The notes under the pieces: generated by a model | Databases searched by the model: none | Seen by the model: the letters and a program-made list of their open reading frames with translations, nothing else | What the model was told of the DNA's origin: nothing | Translations under genes and position numbers: made by a program | Shown here: in pieces, positions 49,254 to 64,000 of the stretch | How the letters are laid out: every line of letters begins with the position of its first letter | Position numbering within the stretch: the first letter of the stretch is position 1 | NCBI RefSeq assembly: GCF_009914755.1 | Contig: NC_060938.1 | From: the human T2T-CHM13v2.0 reference genome, Homo sapiens | DNA length: 64,000 nucleotides | Strand: one strand, 5' to 3'

Positions 49254-49720
49254 TGTGTATGATTCAAGGTCTCTGAGAACAGACAACACACACTCCCACC
49301 AGGTTCAAGAAGTGCAGCATCTACTCACAGTAAGAGAGGAAAGAGTGCACTAAATCCATCCCTTTGTAATGCATCTGTCTCTCACGGCTAGCAGACTCAC
49401 ACCACAGCCCTCATGGGCAGTGTGGCTTTATATACCCCACTTGGTGCTTCAGTGGAAGGACCTCGACCTCTCCTCTATGGTATCTGAAAAAAAATTGTGG
49501 GGAGAGGACATGTCTGAGGACTATTGAAACACCCACTTAAGCAGAACAAAGAACTACACGTTGATTCTGAAACAGCAAAAGATATTCCCACATAAGGCCA
49601 TAAGCCCAGTACTTCCTGTGTGGGCCCCCTTACCTACTGGTAAGGAAGGGTTCCATGCCCATTCTTATGTGGCCCAGTGGGAGTGAAAAGACAGCACACA
49701 GGAGAATGTCTTTCCCAAAA
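49254..49720. mobile_element. Probable old LTR, family not identified
   Basis: A GC-richer ~465-bp block starting TG, with a 'tttatata' box. Flanks aaaac / aaagc resemble a TSD. Confidence 0.4.
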
Positions 49721-52539
49721 AGCTTCAAAAAGCATAGCTTTTGAATTGATATGCCATCATCAATTTAGCTCTTCTTCTGAATAAATTTGATGTCTCCTGC
49801 TGAAGTTGAAACCTAAACACACATTCGGAGATAGCTGAAACTAATAACGAACTAGTTTCCCTCTCTAGTGTTTTTATTCTGGTATTTGCTTTTACTCCTT
49901 CTTCTTTACAATCAGCTTCCCCAATTAAAATTTAAAATCCATTCTATTTTCCTAAATATCTTTAACCAGTGTCTGTTCAAAGTGCATGACTAACCTTTAT
50001 TTAAATGTGATGACCATCTACGTCTATTTTACTTCTTTCACAAACTTCTCTACATCTTCACTGCTTCTACTTCCACTACTTTTACAGTCACTTTTACTTC
50101 TCACTAGTTCTCCTTGACATTCTGAAATCAGCTTCGGTTGATGTCGATGGAAGCTAATATGTCAAAAAAGATGTATTTGTACAAAAAGGCCACTGATTAC
50201 ATACACCCACATATCCTAAGAATGTTTTGCTTATTATCAGTGACTCTTTATAACTATCTCTTTTTCTCATTCTTCCTTCGTCATCCTGTTTCTGCTAACC
50301 TGTTGATTTTCAAAATGTGTGTGGACACACACACAGCTACACACCTAGACACACACACAGCTGTGTACCTAGACATACACATACACACACATCGAACCAG
50401 TTCGTCCATTTTGACTTAGTGATTTACTGGGACTATTTTTATATAAAAAATTTTCAAGACTAATCGTGAATCATAAGTGTCTCTAAACTTATAGGTTCAC
50501 AAGCTCACACAGTTTTATAGCCATCTAAGCTAATTGCTTGATAGACTGAATTCAGAAAATAAATTGTTAAAATGCTGGTAGTTTAAAAATAGTTTTTGTT
50601 ACTTTATTCTAGGCTATAATGATTATTTGGAGAGCCTACCTATGCTGGTGGCAGTTACTAGTTATCAATAATTAAGCCCCTTTGGGCTATAAGGGATTAA
50701 CCACTTCTTAACTTCCTCTGAATCATTTATCTTGAACTCTTTTGCTCTACATTTCCTTTCAGAAAAAAAAAAAGTTCTCTTTCTATCACAGAGCAATATT
50801 AATCACATAAGAATAGAAAATCTTCTCATTAAAGCTCTGAAGCTCATTAGAGAAGTTTAAGTTATTCTAACAGTTCTCTGATATTGTTGTATCCATGTAA
50901 TGAAGAGCACTGACTTCCTTGCCAGTTAATTGTCTTGTAGGAGCTGACCTAAAAACTGAAGTACATGTTCTATGCTGTGAGGAGGATAGAGTTTTAGCTG
51001 ATTTTATTACAGCAATTAATTAAAAATTTATCTGCCAAAATACTATTCTTCTCTTAGTGCTGTTACATTAGCACATACTTGTAAGCATGTTACAGATATG
51101 CTTCGTTTTAATACAACTGATGTGTTTCTGAAAAGTCAGGGGATGGAACTAATCTGAAGTACAGAGATTTCAGACTAAAGGAAATCTACGTAAAATACTT
51201 TGTTAACTGAAGCATCCCGAGGTAAACAGCTATCCCTTAATGCGTGTTTTCTTGTAAAATCATTGTGGTAGCACAAAAATAATAATATTCTATAAAGCTG
51301 AAAGAATATCAGCAAGACAAAATCTAGAATGTCAGAAAGGAAAGGAAGAAAGCAAAAAGGCAGAAGAAAGAGGACACACAGACTTGGCAATGTAAGGATA
51401 GGGACAGGGGAAAGAGAGAAACTCACCTTCAGAAAGCAAGCCCACCTAAAACTGATTAGCAAGGAATTTTGGAAGTCATCTGACGCAATGGTGAGCAATG
51501 AGGGAAGCCATTTAAGAAAAGGAAAAAGACTCCCATATTATCTACAAAGTAGAATGTTTACAAATGAAAGATTTCCTCTCTTATGTAGTCCCTGAAGTAG
51601 AAAAGGTATTCACGAAGCTGAGTATCAATTTTAAAGTTGCAGGTCTCTCAAACTAAATAGTAAATAGTATGACAAATGTTATTCATTTTTTACATTCCAT
51701 GGGAACTGCTGGATTAAACAACCTGAACAAGTATAATTTTCCACAAGCTTTTACTTTTCAGAGTTTACGTATGTTAGCATGTATCGTGAATCTTCAACAG
51801 AAAGATAAAGCATTTCCCAAATGTAAACCACATAAATTTTTTGCTAAAATTATTTCCAGGTATTAAAGATCAGAGCACCAAAAATTACAAACAAAAATTG
51901 TACTTAAATATAAATTAAAATGATATGAAGCATAATGACATTAGGATAGTGGAAATAATTCTGTACAACAGCCTGATTAAATTTAATTTAAAATTTCAAG
52001 ATTTTGAGTACTAGTGGGACTGGACATAAATGGCTGGCGTAGAATAAAATGTCTTTCTTGACAATGCTATGGAGAGGAGACAAAAGGTGCTATGCGCCAA
52101 CTAGAAAAAGCAATAGTCTTGATTACTTCACGGGTTTCAAAGCATTAAGAAACATGCAAACAAATTAAATCTATAAGGCTATTTGATATCTTCAGATTAA
52201 AATTTATGGGAAGGTTCTAGTCACAAGTTTCAATAAGCTAGAGCAGGAAAAATAATAGATAGAAAAGGCTTAAATCCCAAGATGTGCCAAACTTTTGTAG
52301 TTTGCTTAGCATATCCCAAAAATCAGGCACTTTATAAAATTTTCTGCATTATTTATAATGTATTATTGCTTCATAAAACACAGTTCAGTATCATGATATA
52401 TAAGCTACATTATGAAAGCCTTAAACTTTGCAATTACCTAGACCAGATCCTATTTTAATGAACATGTGCCAATGTGATTTGTGATGTTAAGCCAGACTTC
52501 TTGTTAAAAACCTAGGTTTTGACTTACACAAATAATGGA

Positions 52540-52870
52540 TAGTGAATTAAAATAAGGAAATTTGATAAGGAGCTAAGGGGTTCAGTTTTGACTATGTTGG
52601 TCTGGAGGTTCCTGTGGGACGTTAAGATGGGGATTTTCAGTAAGCAGTTGAATGTTCACATCTGAAATTCAAAAATAAGTTGGTCTAAAGGTAAATATTT
52701 AGAATTCATTAAGAATTTATGGTAACTGAAACGAAGGAAGTAGTGAAGATCAGTCAGATGGCCTGTTCAGATGGGCAGTATAGAGTGACATGAGAAGGCA
52801 CTAAGACCAAAAAAAAAAAGAAGAAAAAAAGAAAAAACCTGAAGAAGAAAAACATTTAATTCTTAGTCAG
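52540..52870 (-). mobile_element. L2 fragment
   Basis: 'gttcagttttgactatgttg...agtaagcagttgaat'. Confidence 0.7.
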
Positions 52871-52886
52871 GGAAAGATAACAATTC

Positions 52887-53336
<450 letters not shown>

Positions 53337-53583
53337 AATGACTTAAAGCTTCTCTTATATGAAAGTGCAGCATATTATTGGCTTTCATTTCAAGTCCATT
53401 TAATCAATACTTGCAAATAACATACACAAACATGACATACACAGACACACACAAATGTAGACTTTATAATTGTGGTTATGGTGTAATAATATCATAATAG
53501 CAATAACTTTTATAGAATACATAATATGTGCCCAGCGCTGTGCTGTTTTATATACAGCAAATGATTTAATCTTCATAATAGCC

Positions 53584-54201
53584 TGTTCCAGTTATTTTTT
53601 ACCATGTAATAAACTACTTCAAAACTTGGTGTCTTAAAACAACAACCATTATTTTATGGTTAATGAAAGTGGGTCAAGAAATTGAGTTGGGTTATAATGG
53701 GTGATACTAGTTCTACATATGAAGTCAGCTGAGATCACCAGATGCTATTCACCTGGTGGATGGGCTGTTATAAAGGATACCAGGAGGCTTAACACACGTG
53801 TCTCATGCCTTGCCTGGAATGGCCAAAAAGTTTAGCTCAGCTAGTAATGTTAACCAGAGAATCCACGCGTGGATCTCCAGCATGAGATCCCATGTCTCAT
53901 GAGTCTCAGAGTAGTCAAACTTCTTATATGATGGCTAAAGGTTCGGAGTAATCAAACTCCTTATGTGGAGGCTAAAGGCTCCAACAGAAAGATTTTTAAG
54001 AGCAGCATTCTAAAAGAGATCAGCAAAAGCTTCAGAGCTTCATATGATCTAGCCTCAAAGGTCTCACAATATCACTTCCATTATTGTTTACTGGTTAAGA
54101 GTGTCACAAATGCCAGCCCAGACTCAAAGGGATGAACATTAGACTCCATCTTTCAAAAGGAAGAGTAGCAAAGTATTTATAGCAATCTATATTCTACCAC
54201 A
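53584..54201 (-). mobile_element. MLT1 (G/H-like) LTR inserted in an antisense MIR (~53490-53583 and ~54210-54350)
   Basis: 'tgttccagttat...cttaaaacaacaaccatt...gccagcccagactcaa...ctaccaca'. The MIR core 'ttatagataagaaaactgag' lies downstream. Confidence 0.8.
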
Positions 54202-55185
54202 GAGCTCTATTAGGTATGTATGAATATTATCCCTTTTTATAGATAAGAAAACTGAGTCCACTGTGGTTAACAAATTGTCAAGATCTGTTAGTCAACAGCT
54301 AAACCAGTATTTAAAGATGGCAATTCTAACTCCAGCGCCTTAGCTCTAAACTGCTGTTTTAGAAATGCTTGATTGTGCAGCCTATTCAAGGAGCTATTTC
54401 ATTTGTTAATCACTAGATTCAATGTAATTAGGAAAACTATAAAATCTTTGATAACTTGAAAGATATAAAGTAATTTTTTAAAAATATTAATGTATACAGA
54501 GCACTCATAGACTTAGCAGAAAATACAAGACTTACTAACACATAGCCCTCAAGAAGTTTATAATTTAGTGGATGGCATGAGAGGTATAAACAGTACAAAA
54601 TAATTAAAACAGTGTGTGACACAAGTGCTGTAAAATAACCATACAAGGTCAGAGATGGAAAACATCTGAATTTGCTCTAATCTTTATAGAATGTGCTCTC
54701 TGCCATGACTATCCTCACAATTCACCACTCAGCCACACAAACCCTGCGAGGTTCAACCTCAAATGCCATATCCTACTGGAGGCATTCCTGAATTGCCAAA
54801 CTGTGTACAAGCGCTCTATCCTTTAAACCTCTATTGCACACCATTTACATTTATCTCAGGGTACTCTTTTACCACCTTATACACACTTGCCCTTGTCTAA
54901 TCTCTCCTCTGTTCTCCAGCTCATTTGGCTTACCTTTGACTCTTGTTTAGCCTGTATCCTAAAGAAAAAGAATTAATAATTACTTACAAATTAAAATGAC
55001 AAAGAGTTATTGGACATCCACTCAATACTTATTTACTGTCTACTATATGCAAGCACTAGAAAATAGCAACATTAATAAAATGGTCAAGCATTTACAGAGT
55101 TGACAATATAGTTATCTATTAGATCTAAATCTAAACATTAAATTTCAAGGATTCACAGCAGTAGAGTTATTGGTAGTCAAGATAA

Positions 55186-55525
<340 letters not shown>

Positions 55526-55835
55526 CCTAACACAAATTTTTAAACTTCATTCTTTACAACTTACAAGGACCTGAACATTCAACTAATCTTACAAGCAGGG
55601 CCTATTTTTTGTCCAAGTAGGGGTAAAGCTTTTCCCTCATCATACAGCCATGTTGTTTGCAATTTTTTAAAAGGTAGAACTGGTGAGTAGAAAACTAAGT
55701 AGTAGCTCAAGGGCTGAAAATTAATGGTAACATTTGATTGCTAATAGCTTCAGAATATCAACAGTAGATCAATATCCTTATTAACACATATAACTTAAAT
55801 CCTATTTTACTTGTTTGAATTTGTCACCACTACAT

Positions 55836-55930
55836 TTTTCATTAAAATATATTTTTAAAATATATATTAAAATATATATTTTAAAATTTTTTCATTAAAA
55901 TATATATTAAAAATATATTTCCATTAAAAT
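55836..55930. repeat. AT-rich imperfect tandem repeat (ttaaaatatata units)
   Basis: Seen directly in the sequence. Confidence 0.8.
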
Positions 55931-57164
55931 GTTTAGCACAGATTTATAAAAATTAAATTTCACTATTTCCAATTCATGATGATTTTGTTGATGCTGTCCT
56001 TTATTTAAATCAACAACAGTAATTTTCTAATTTGAAGTAAAAACCAAAATATTCAGGGAATGATGTACATCTTTTGCACATAATACGTTTTTATAATGGT
56101 CATGATCAGCTCTATTTTTTCCTCTGTAAGACAGCCAGAACTCAAAGTGACCTACAATGGAGAGAAAATTCACAAATTAAATTCATCTTTTAAACAAAAA
56201 TCTTTTTGTGTTCATTTCCATAGTCAGTGGACCCTCTCACAGCCACCTCAAGGATTCTTCTAGCTCATTTTCAAAAATCTCAACAACAAATTCAGCCAGA
56301 ACAAAATATAAAATGATTATAAAGTTTAAAAGGTTAATTTTTTCACAGATAATTGGGTTTTAGCAAGGTACAGCCTTAAGCCAAGATAAATAATTTCTAG
56401 CAGAGAAACTTAGACATCAGCTAGTAAGTGAGCATAGTAACAGGTGAAAAGGGCCTTTCTGGATCTGCTGGAGACTTGTGACATACAAAACCCAACATTA
56501 CATCAAAACATAAGTTTGGTCCTAATAGAAAATTAGAAAATAATCACTATCCTACAAGAATGAACATTACTCTCTTCATTTTAAATATAGTATATCTAAT
56601 ATTAAATTGTAGTTGAAGAATTATTCATTAACAATAAAGGCAGCTTTGTTTAATTTCCCTAGTAAATTCCCTGTCAAAGTTATCTGTACAGGTTATTTCA
56701 AAAGAAGACACTTTGTAAGCTATTTAGTAAGCAAAGCTTTTTTAATCTAATTCAGGAAAAGGGTAGATTAAAATGTATTCTGATCTACTAATAATGTATT
56801 TTTCCTTGCAGAATTAGAGGTAGAATCTGGCCCTTTTCCTTCTAAGTGAAACTGACTAGAAACAGATTCACAAGGCATAGGTAAATCACAAGACAGCTTT
56901 AATATTGGTCCTATTTTCCCGAGACCAAATAAGTTGAAGAAAATAAGAATGGAGAGACTCTTATCCAATAAAAGATTATTATTTTTCACAGTATAGGCAG
57001 GTGTAAAACACAGTCTACAGAAAAATAAGGGTGGTATTATTCGTCCAATTTAAGGGTCCATTCAGAAACCGTATCAATCTTTATCCTTTTCACAAAGAAA
57101 AGACTGCACATCATCAGGAAACTTCAATAGGGTCAACAAACAGCACAAACCATAAAGTGGAGAG

Positions 57165-57570
57165 TATTAGTTGTCTACCAAAAGATACTCTCCTTTTATT
57201 CCTGCATGCAGGAATAAATGGAATATTCCAGCCTCCTTTTCATAGTGGACTTCTTTTCCCCATGGAATTTAATGTGATAGGTGTCCCTTATGGACCTAAG
57301 TCTTAGGACCGTGTGTATGCTTCCATGTTATCTTTCCCCTTATCACCAGCTGGAATGGCAGCTGACCCTGTCTCTGCCATGCAGAAGATGACAGTCCTAG
57401 AGGATAATACTGCAATCAATGGAAAGAACCTTAATTCCTGAATAACTTCATGGAGCAGAATTGAACCATTCAATTTGGATTGTTATGTAAAGGACAAAAC
57501 CAGTTCTATCTTCTTTAACTTACTGAATCATTGTTCCCTTTGTTACACCCTAATTCAGACTAATACTTCC
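57165..57570 (+). mobile_element. Old MLT1 (J/K-like) LTR
   Basis: 'tattccagcctcc...cctgaataacttcatggagcaga...cagactaatac'. Confidence 0.6.
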
Positions 57571-58374
57571 TGTTAACTGAAACTGTCAAAGAAATACCAT
57601 CATCAGTACTTCCTTTCATTATCCTTGATCAATATAGGCCTGGCTCCAACTAGGAGTGGCCAAACATTCATATCTCCAAGTATAAGCAATCTTTGACAAT
57701 GCACAGCTAACAGGTATTCCTACCAATGTAGCCCAAACATGGTAGAACAGCAGTTGTACATAATTAGGTTTCATAATTCCACTTTATATAAAAATTTGGA
57801 AATCTCTTATTGCTTAGGGGCAGTCTGGTGACCAACTTTTTAAAAAATATTTATTAGAAAGTAACATGTAGCATTTTAAAAAATCATCTAGATCTTTTTC
57901 AACAGGAAAATATACATAACCAGTCTAGATTTTTTTATTTTATTTTAGGGTTCACATGACATATAGGTGAATTGCTTCCAAACTAATTGATATTTCAGGA
58001 AATGCCTAGCTTTTCTTTAATAGAGTAAAATGTCTTTTATTACCCAATTCAAGTTAGCTTGAGATAATATTCTGAGAAGTAAAAATAATTTGAATTTATA
58101 TCCAGTTATAAATGATTGGTTTCAGAAGTTTATCTGAAAACAGTTTTTAGTAGAGGATAGAGTGAGAGAAAAAGTAAAAATGAGACAGGTATTTCTTCAG
58201 ATGAAATGGTATAATTTATCTACTATTCAATTTTGTTAGGATTGGTTGGCTCCACTGCAAATGAAATAGTAGTAAAAAGAAAAGAAATCAGCAGATAGTT
58301 GAAATAGCCAAAGAAGGAAGCAACACAGCATTGTTAACAGGAGATTTGTGATTAAATTTACAGGCTAGAATTAG

Positions 58375-58600
58375 CTAAACATTGAGTATACATGGACACA
58401 AAGAAGAGAACAGCAGACACCAGTGCCTACTTGAGGGTGAGGTGAGAGGAGGAAGAAGGTCGGAAAACTACCTATCGGGTCCTATGCTTATTACCAGGGT
58501 GATGAAATAATCTGTACACCAAACCCCCATGATACACAATTTATCTGTATAACAACTCCATATATGTACCCCTAAACCTAAAATGAGAGCTTTTTAAAAA
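58375..58600 (+). mobile_element. Short 5'-truncated L1PA (old) 3' end
   Basis: 'catggacacaaagaag...gtgatgaaataatctgtacaccaaacccc...gtacccctaaacctaaaat'. Confidence 0.9.
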
Positions 58601-59079
58601 ATCAGCTTTATATGGAGGCAGTTAACCACCTTTTATGTTTTTTCTAGGACTTACGCAAGGAGCTCAGTTTCTTCCTCTGAAATTTATCCCACTTGATCTT
58701 TGATAGCCGAAATTATTTTGTTAAACTGACAATAATCCAGGATATTTAACATCTCTAAGCCAGTTTTCCCGTCTGTAAAATAACAAAAAATAACACCTAC
58801 ATTATAAATTCATTTTAGGGTTAAGAAAATTATATATGTGGACTGTCAACAAAATTCTTAGCATATATTGATAATTTTTTTTGTTTTTCTTTTCATTCTT
58901 TTAACATTACATAAAACGTAAAGATTTTCAGATACTTCCTTTGCCTAAGCCAAATACCAGAATCCAATAAAATATTAATAAATACATTACACAATTACTA
59001 TGAATGCATCAGCTTTGTTTTGCCAAATTTTCATTATTATAATAAAGGCTTAACATTTGAAGTATGCTTACAAATTTAT

Positions 59080-59212
59080 GCCACAATCTTGAAAAGGTTT
59101 TACAGATGCAGAAAGTGAAATGCAGATTCATTAAGAAACTTGTCCAAGGTCACACAGCTGGTAAATTGAAGAGCTGGAGTTTTTACACAGGAAATCTAAC
59201 TCCAGAGCTCAT
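59080..59212 (-). mobile_element. MIR
   Basis: 'ttttacagatg...aagaaacttgtccaaggtcacacagctggtaa'. Confidence 0.8.
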
Positions 59213-59310
59213 GGAGGTCAATTTTATTTTCATAATAGTCTATCTGGACATAAAATTGCACAGCCCTAATTCTATATTTGCTATCTCACAGTTCTTACAA
59301 AGATCCACTT

Positions 59311-59627
59311 GGCCGGGCGCGGTAGCTCACACCTGTAATCCCAGTACTTTGGGAGGCCAAGGCAGGAGGATCACGAGGTCAGAAGATCGAGACCATCCTG
59401 GCTAACACGGTGAAACCCCATCTCTACTAAAAATGCAAAATGTTAGCTGGGCGTGGTGGCGGGCGCCTGTAGTCCCAGCTACTCACAAGGCTGAGGCAGG
59501 AGAATGGCGCGAACCCGGAAGACGGAGCTGGCAGTGAGTGGAGATCGCGCCACTGCACTCCAGCGTGGGCGACAGAGTGAGAATCCGTCTCGGGGAAAAA
59601 AAAAAAAAAGAAAAAAAAAGAAAAAAA
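59311..59627 (+). mobile_element. AluY
   Basis: CpG-rich, Y diagnostics, TSD aagatccact. Confidence 0.96.
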
Positions 59628-59640
59628 AGATCCACTCTAC

Positions 59641-59777
59641 AGCTGGGTGTGGTGGTGCCCATCTGTAGTCCCAGTATTTGGGAGTGCGACTGTAGTGCGC
59701 CATGGTCATGCCTGTGAATAGCCACTGCACTCTACTAGGCAACAGAACCAGTACTCACCTATTAAGTAAATAAATAA
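59641..59777 (+). mobile_element. FAM / 7SL-derived monomer with an internal deletion
   Basis: Retains the 7SL-like 'ctgtagtgcgccatg...cctgtgaatagccactgcact', which Alu dimers lack. Confidence 0.8.
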
Positions 59778-60828
59778 AGGTCTGCTCTGAACCTACGTCT
59801 TTATAATCCCCTTATTACACACAGCCTTCTATTCACAATTATTTTCATTTCATCTAATATTGGCATTATTATGTTTATCAAATATTGCCACAATTAATCT
59901 GAGTCAACTTTCTTAGGGTAAGTATAATAAAGGAGATGTTTTTGAAACTATTAAACTTCAGAACTGAAGGGAGTTAAAAACAAATCTGCAATTTTACTTT
60001 TTGCTTCTAAATTGGGCATTACCCTTAACCAATTAGAACAGATTAAACAGCAAGGATTTAAATCTCAGTTACTCTGCCAAGCCCATCATCTTACAAAATT
60101 AACTATTTAAATGATGCATTTTATGAACATCAGCTCCACAAAATTATAAGAGAATAAAGTATTTTCTTATATTTTCTTAATGAACAGGGACATTTCATTA
60201 AGACGAAATATTGCCTTAATGAACAGGGACATAGTACATTAGGCAAAAGTAGAGAGAGACTAGGCTTTAATTATAAGCTGTCCCGTATTTTATTTTAGCT
60301 TTTTTAGGATTATCATTCTATTATTTTCTGGATTTCATTACTAATTTTGAGAAGAAAGGTAACACTCTTATTTTGCCTTTAATTGCTCCTTTGAAGGTAA
60401 TATATATTGTTTGATTATCTGTTGGCTGTTTTTAAGGTTGCTTTTTTTCATCTTTGGTTTTTGGAAGTTTTATTGTGATGTGACTACATGTGGTTTTCTC
60501 TGCCTTTATCCTATTTGGCGTTCTTAGCATTTCCTGTCTTCATATTTTTACTCAATTTTGGAAATTTATTCTGTAGTATCTCTATTATTTTTGCCTCATC
60601 TTCTCTCTGATCTTTCTGCTTTGGATCAGATCTTTATCACTAACATAAATTCTTTCAACAGGCTTCTAACTGTCCTCCTGGCCTCTAGTCTTTAAATATA
60701 CCTTCTTTACAAGATCATACTATTTTCACAATTAGAACATTCAGTGCCTCTAAGATAAAAGTCCAGTGTCCTTAGTAGAGTGTATCTACAAGACCCTCCA
60801 TGATATGACACCTAGAAATTATCTCAGC

Positions 60829-61152
60829 AGGCTAGACACAGTGGCTCACGCCTGTAATCCCAACAGTTTGGGAGACCAAGGAGGGTAGATCACTTGAGGA
60901 CATGAGTTCAAGACCAGCCTGGACAACATGGTGAAACCCCATCTCTACTAAAAATCCAAAAATCCAAAAATTAAAAATTAGCTGGTCATGGTAGCGTGTG
61001 CCTGTACTCCTAGCTACCCTGGGGGGCTAAGCAGGAGAATCGCTTGAACCCAGGAGGCAGAGGTTGCAATGAGCTGAGATAGCACCACTGTACTCCAGCC
61101 TGAGTGACAGAGCGAGATTTGAGACTCCATCAAAAAAAAAAAAAAAAAAAAA
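60829..61152 (+). mobile_element. Alu (Jb/Sx-like) with a duplicated linker
   Basis: Dimer with linker aaaatccaaaaatccaaaaattaaaaatt. Confidence 0.93.
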
Positions 61153-61269
61153 AGCAAATTGTGGCCCTACTGTTTCTAGTTTGTTACTTTAACCCTAAAA
61201 CAACCTGTTGCTGCTTATAGTTCTGACTCAAATTCATACTAGGTCTTAGCGATACATCTTATCTCTCCT

Positions 61270-62910
<1,641 letters not shown>

Positions 62911-62911
62911 C

Positions 62912-63134
62912 TCTAGCCTGGGCAACATGGCAAAACCCTATCTCAACAATTTTTTTTTAATCAGCCAGGTATGGTGGGCTGCACCTGTGGTGCCAGCTAA
63001 TCAGGAGGCTGAGGTAGGAGGATCAGTTGAGCCATGAGGTCGAGGCTGCAGTGAGCTGTGATCGCACCACTGCACTCCAAGCTGGATGATAGAGTGAGAC
63101 CCTGTCTCAAAAAAAAAAAAAAAAAAGAAAGAAA
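62912..63134 (+). mobile_element. 5'-truncated AluJ
   Basis: Starts at ctctagcctgggcaac. TSD-like gtatttaaaa on both sides. Confidence 0.9.
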
Positions 63135-63299
63135 ATTTTAAAAAGGTATTTAAAAGAGTTCACAGCCGGGAATCCAAACAGCTGTTGAAGAGAAACAGTT
63201 CTGTTATTTTTATCGTAAGCTCTTCTAAATTATTTATTATTATGTTTTCATGTACAATATCGATAAATTTTTAAGATAATTTTTGAAGACAGAGATTTA

Positions 63300-63555
63300 A
63301 TGACATTTCTTCCATGAAACAATCTGAAGACTTAAGTGGCTTTCTTCTGTACTTCCATAGAACCCACCCAGTACATACCTCCAGTGTGGCACTGATTTTA
63401 TGCTATACATATGACTGTGTGTTCATCTCCTCCACCAGACTGTGAGTCCCATTGGAGTAGGAACTAAATTTTATTCAACACTCTGTCTTCATCACCTCGT
63501 GTAGTATCTTGTACAGAGTAGATAATGATTAAATGTTTAGTTAATGAGTAAATAA
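63300..63555 (+). mobile_element. L2 3' end
   Basis: 'ccaccagactgtgagtccc...taaatgtttagttaatgagtaaat'. Confidence 0.7.
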
Positions 63556-64000
63556 TCAACCATATTGCACAGTCTATATTAAAGTTAATATTTAAATCCG
63601 TTATGGGAATTAATAGATATTCATCAGATACACTACTGAATTCCTTCTTTACATCATTGCATGTTTTAACTTTCTAATAACAGTATAATGGGATAGAGAT
63701 AATGTAAAGCTACATGTTTCCAAGCCACCAGCATTTTATCAGACACCCCAAACTTGAACCATTAATGTAATATTCAAAATTCTTCACAACTAGATTTTGA
63801 ACACTATTCTGAAGTTGGTTACAAGTCCATCTGGTTTTAAATCAACTTATCATGTTCAAAAATGTTAATATCTCTCACTAGCTCACAGCATGACACTATC
63901 AGCTTTAATTTGGTATTATTTCATAGCAATGTTGCAATTAAAATTTGGTCCACATTGATCAGTAAAAGTTAAAGGGCTAAATTAATTAATGGAAATAGTA

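Overview
This is AT-rich, CpG-poor primate (most likely human) genomic DNA that reads as intronic or intergenic and is dominated by nested interspersed repeats. It contains about 20 Alu/FLAM/FAM SINEs and many L1 fragments of different ages. It also holds a complete two-LTR THE1A (MaLR) element inside an L1, an LTR16 with ERVL/HERV16-type internal remnants, and solo MSTA, MLT1, MLT2 and MER31-like LTRs. DNA-transposon MITEs (MER1, MER44, MER58), MIR/L2 relics and microsatellites make up much of the rest. I cannot support any protein-coding gene, tRNA/rRNA or CRISPR: the ORF track is explained by repeats and chance. I found no new biological 'system'. The most unusual signal is a set of templated-insertion (DNA-repair) scars. 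The best is a 188-bp inverted copy of nearby sequence (23597-23784) inserted into the middle of an Alu (24807-24994), with fold-back palindromes at both junctions. Others are a captured LTR-plus-flank fragment inside an L1, an internally inverted MLT2 LTR and several small hairpin/duplication scars. Subfamily names come from recalled consensus sequences and most element boundaries are approximate.
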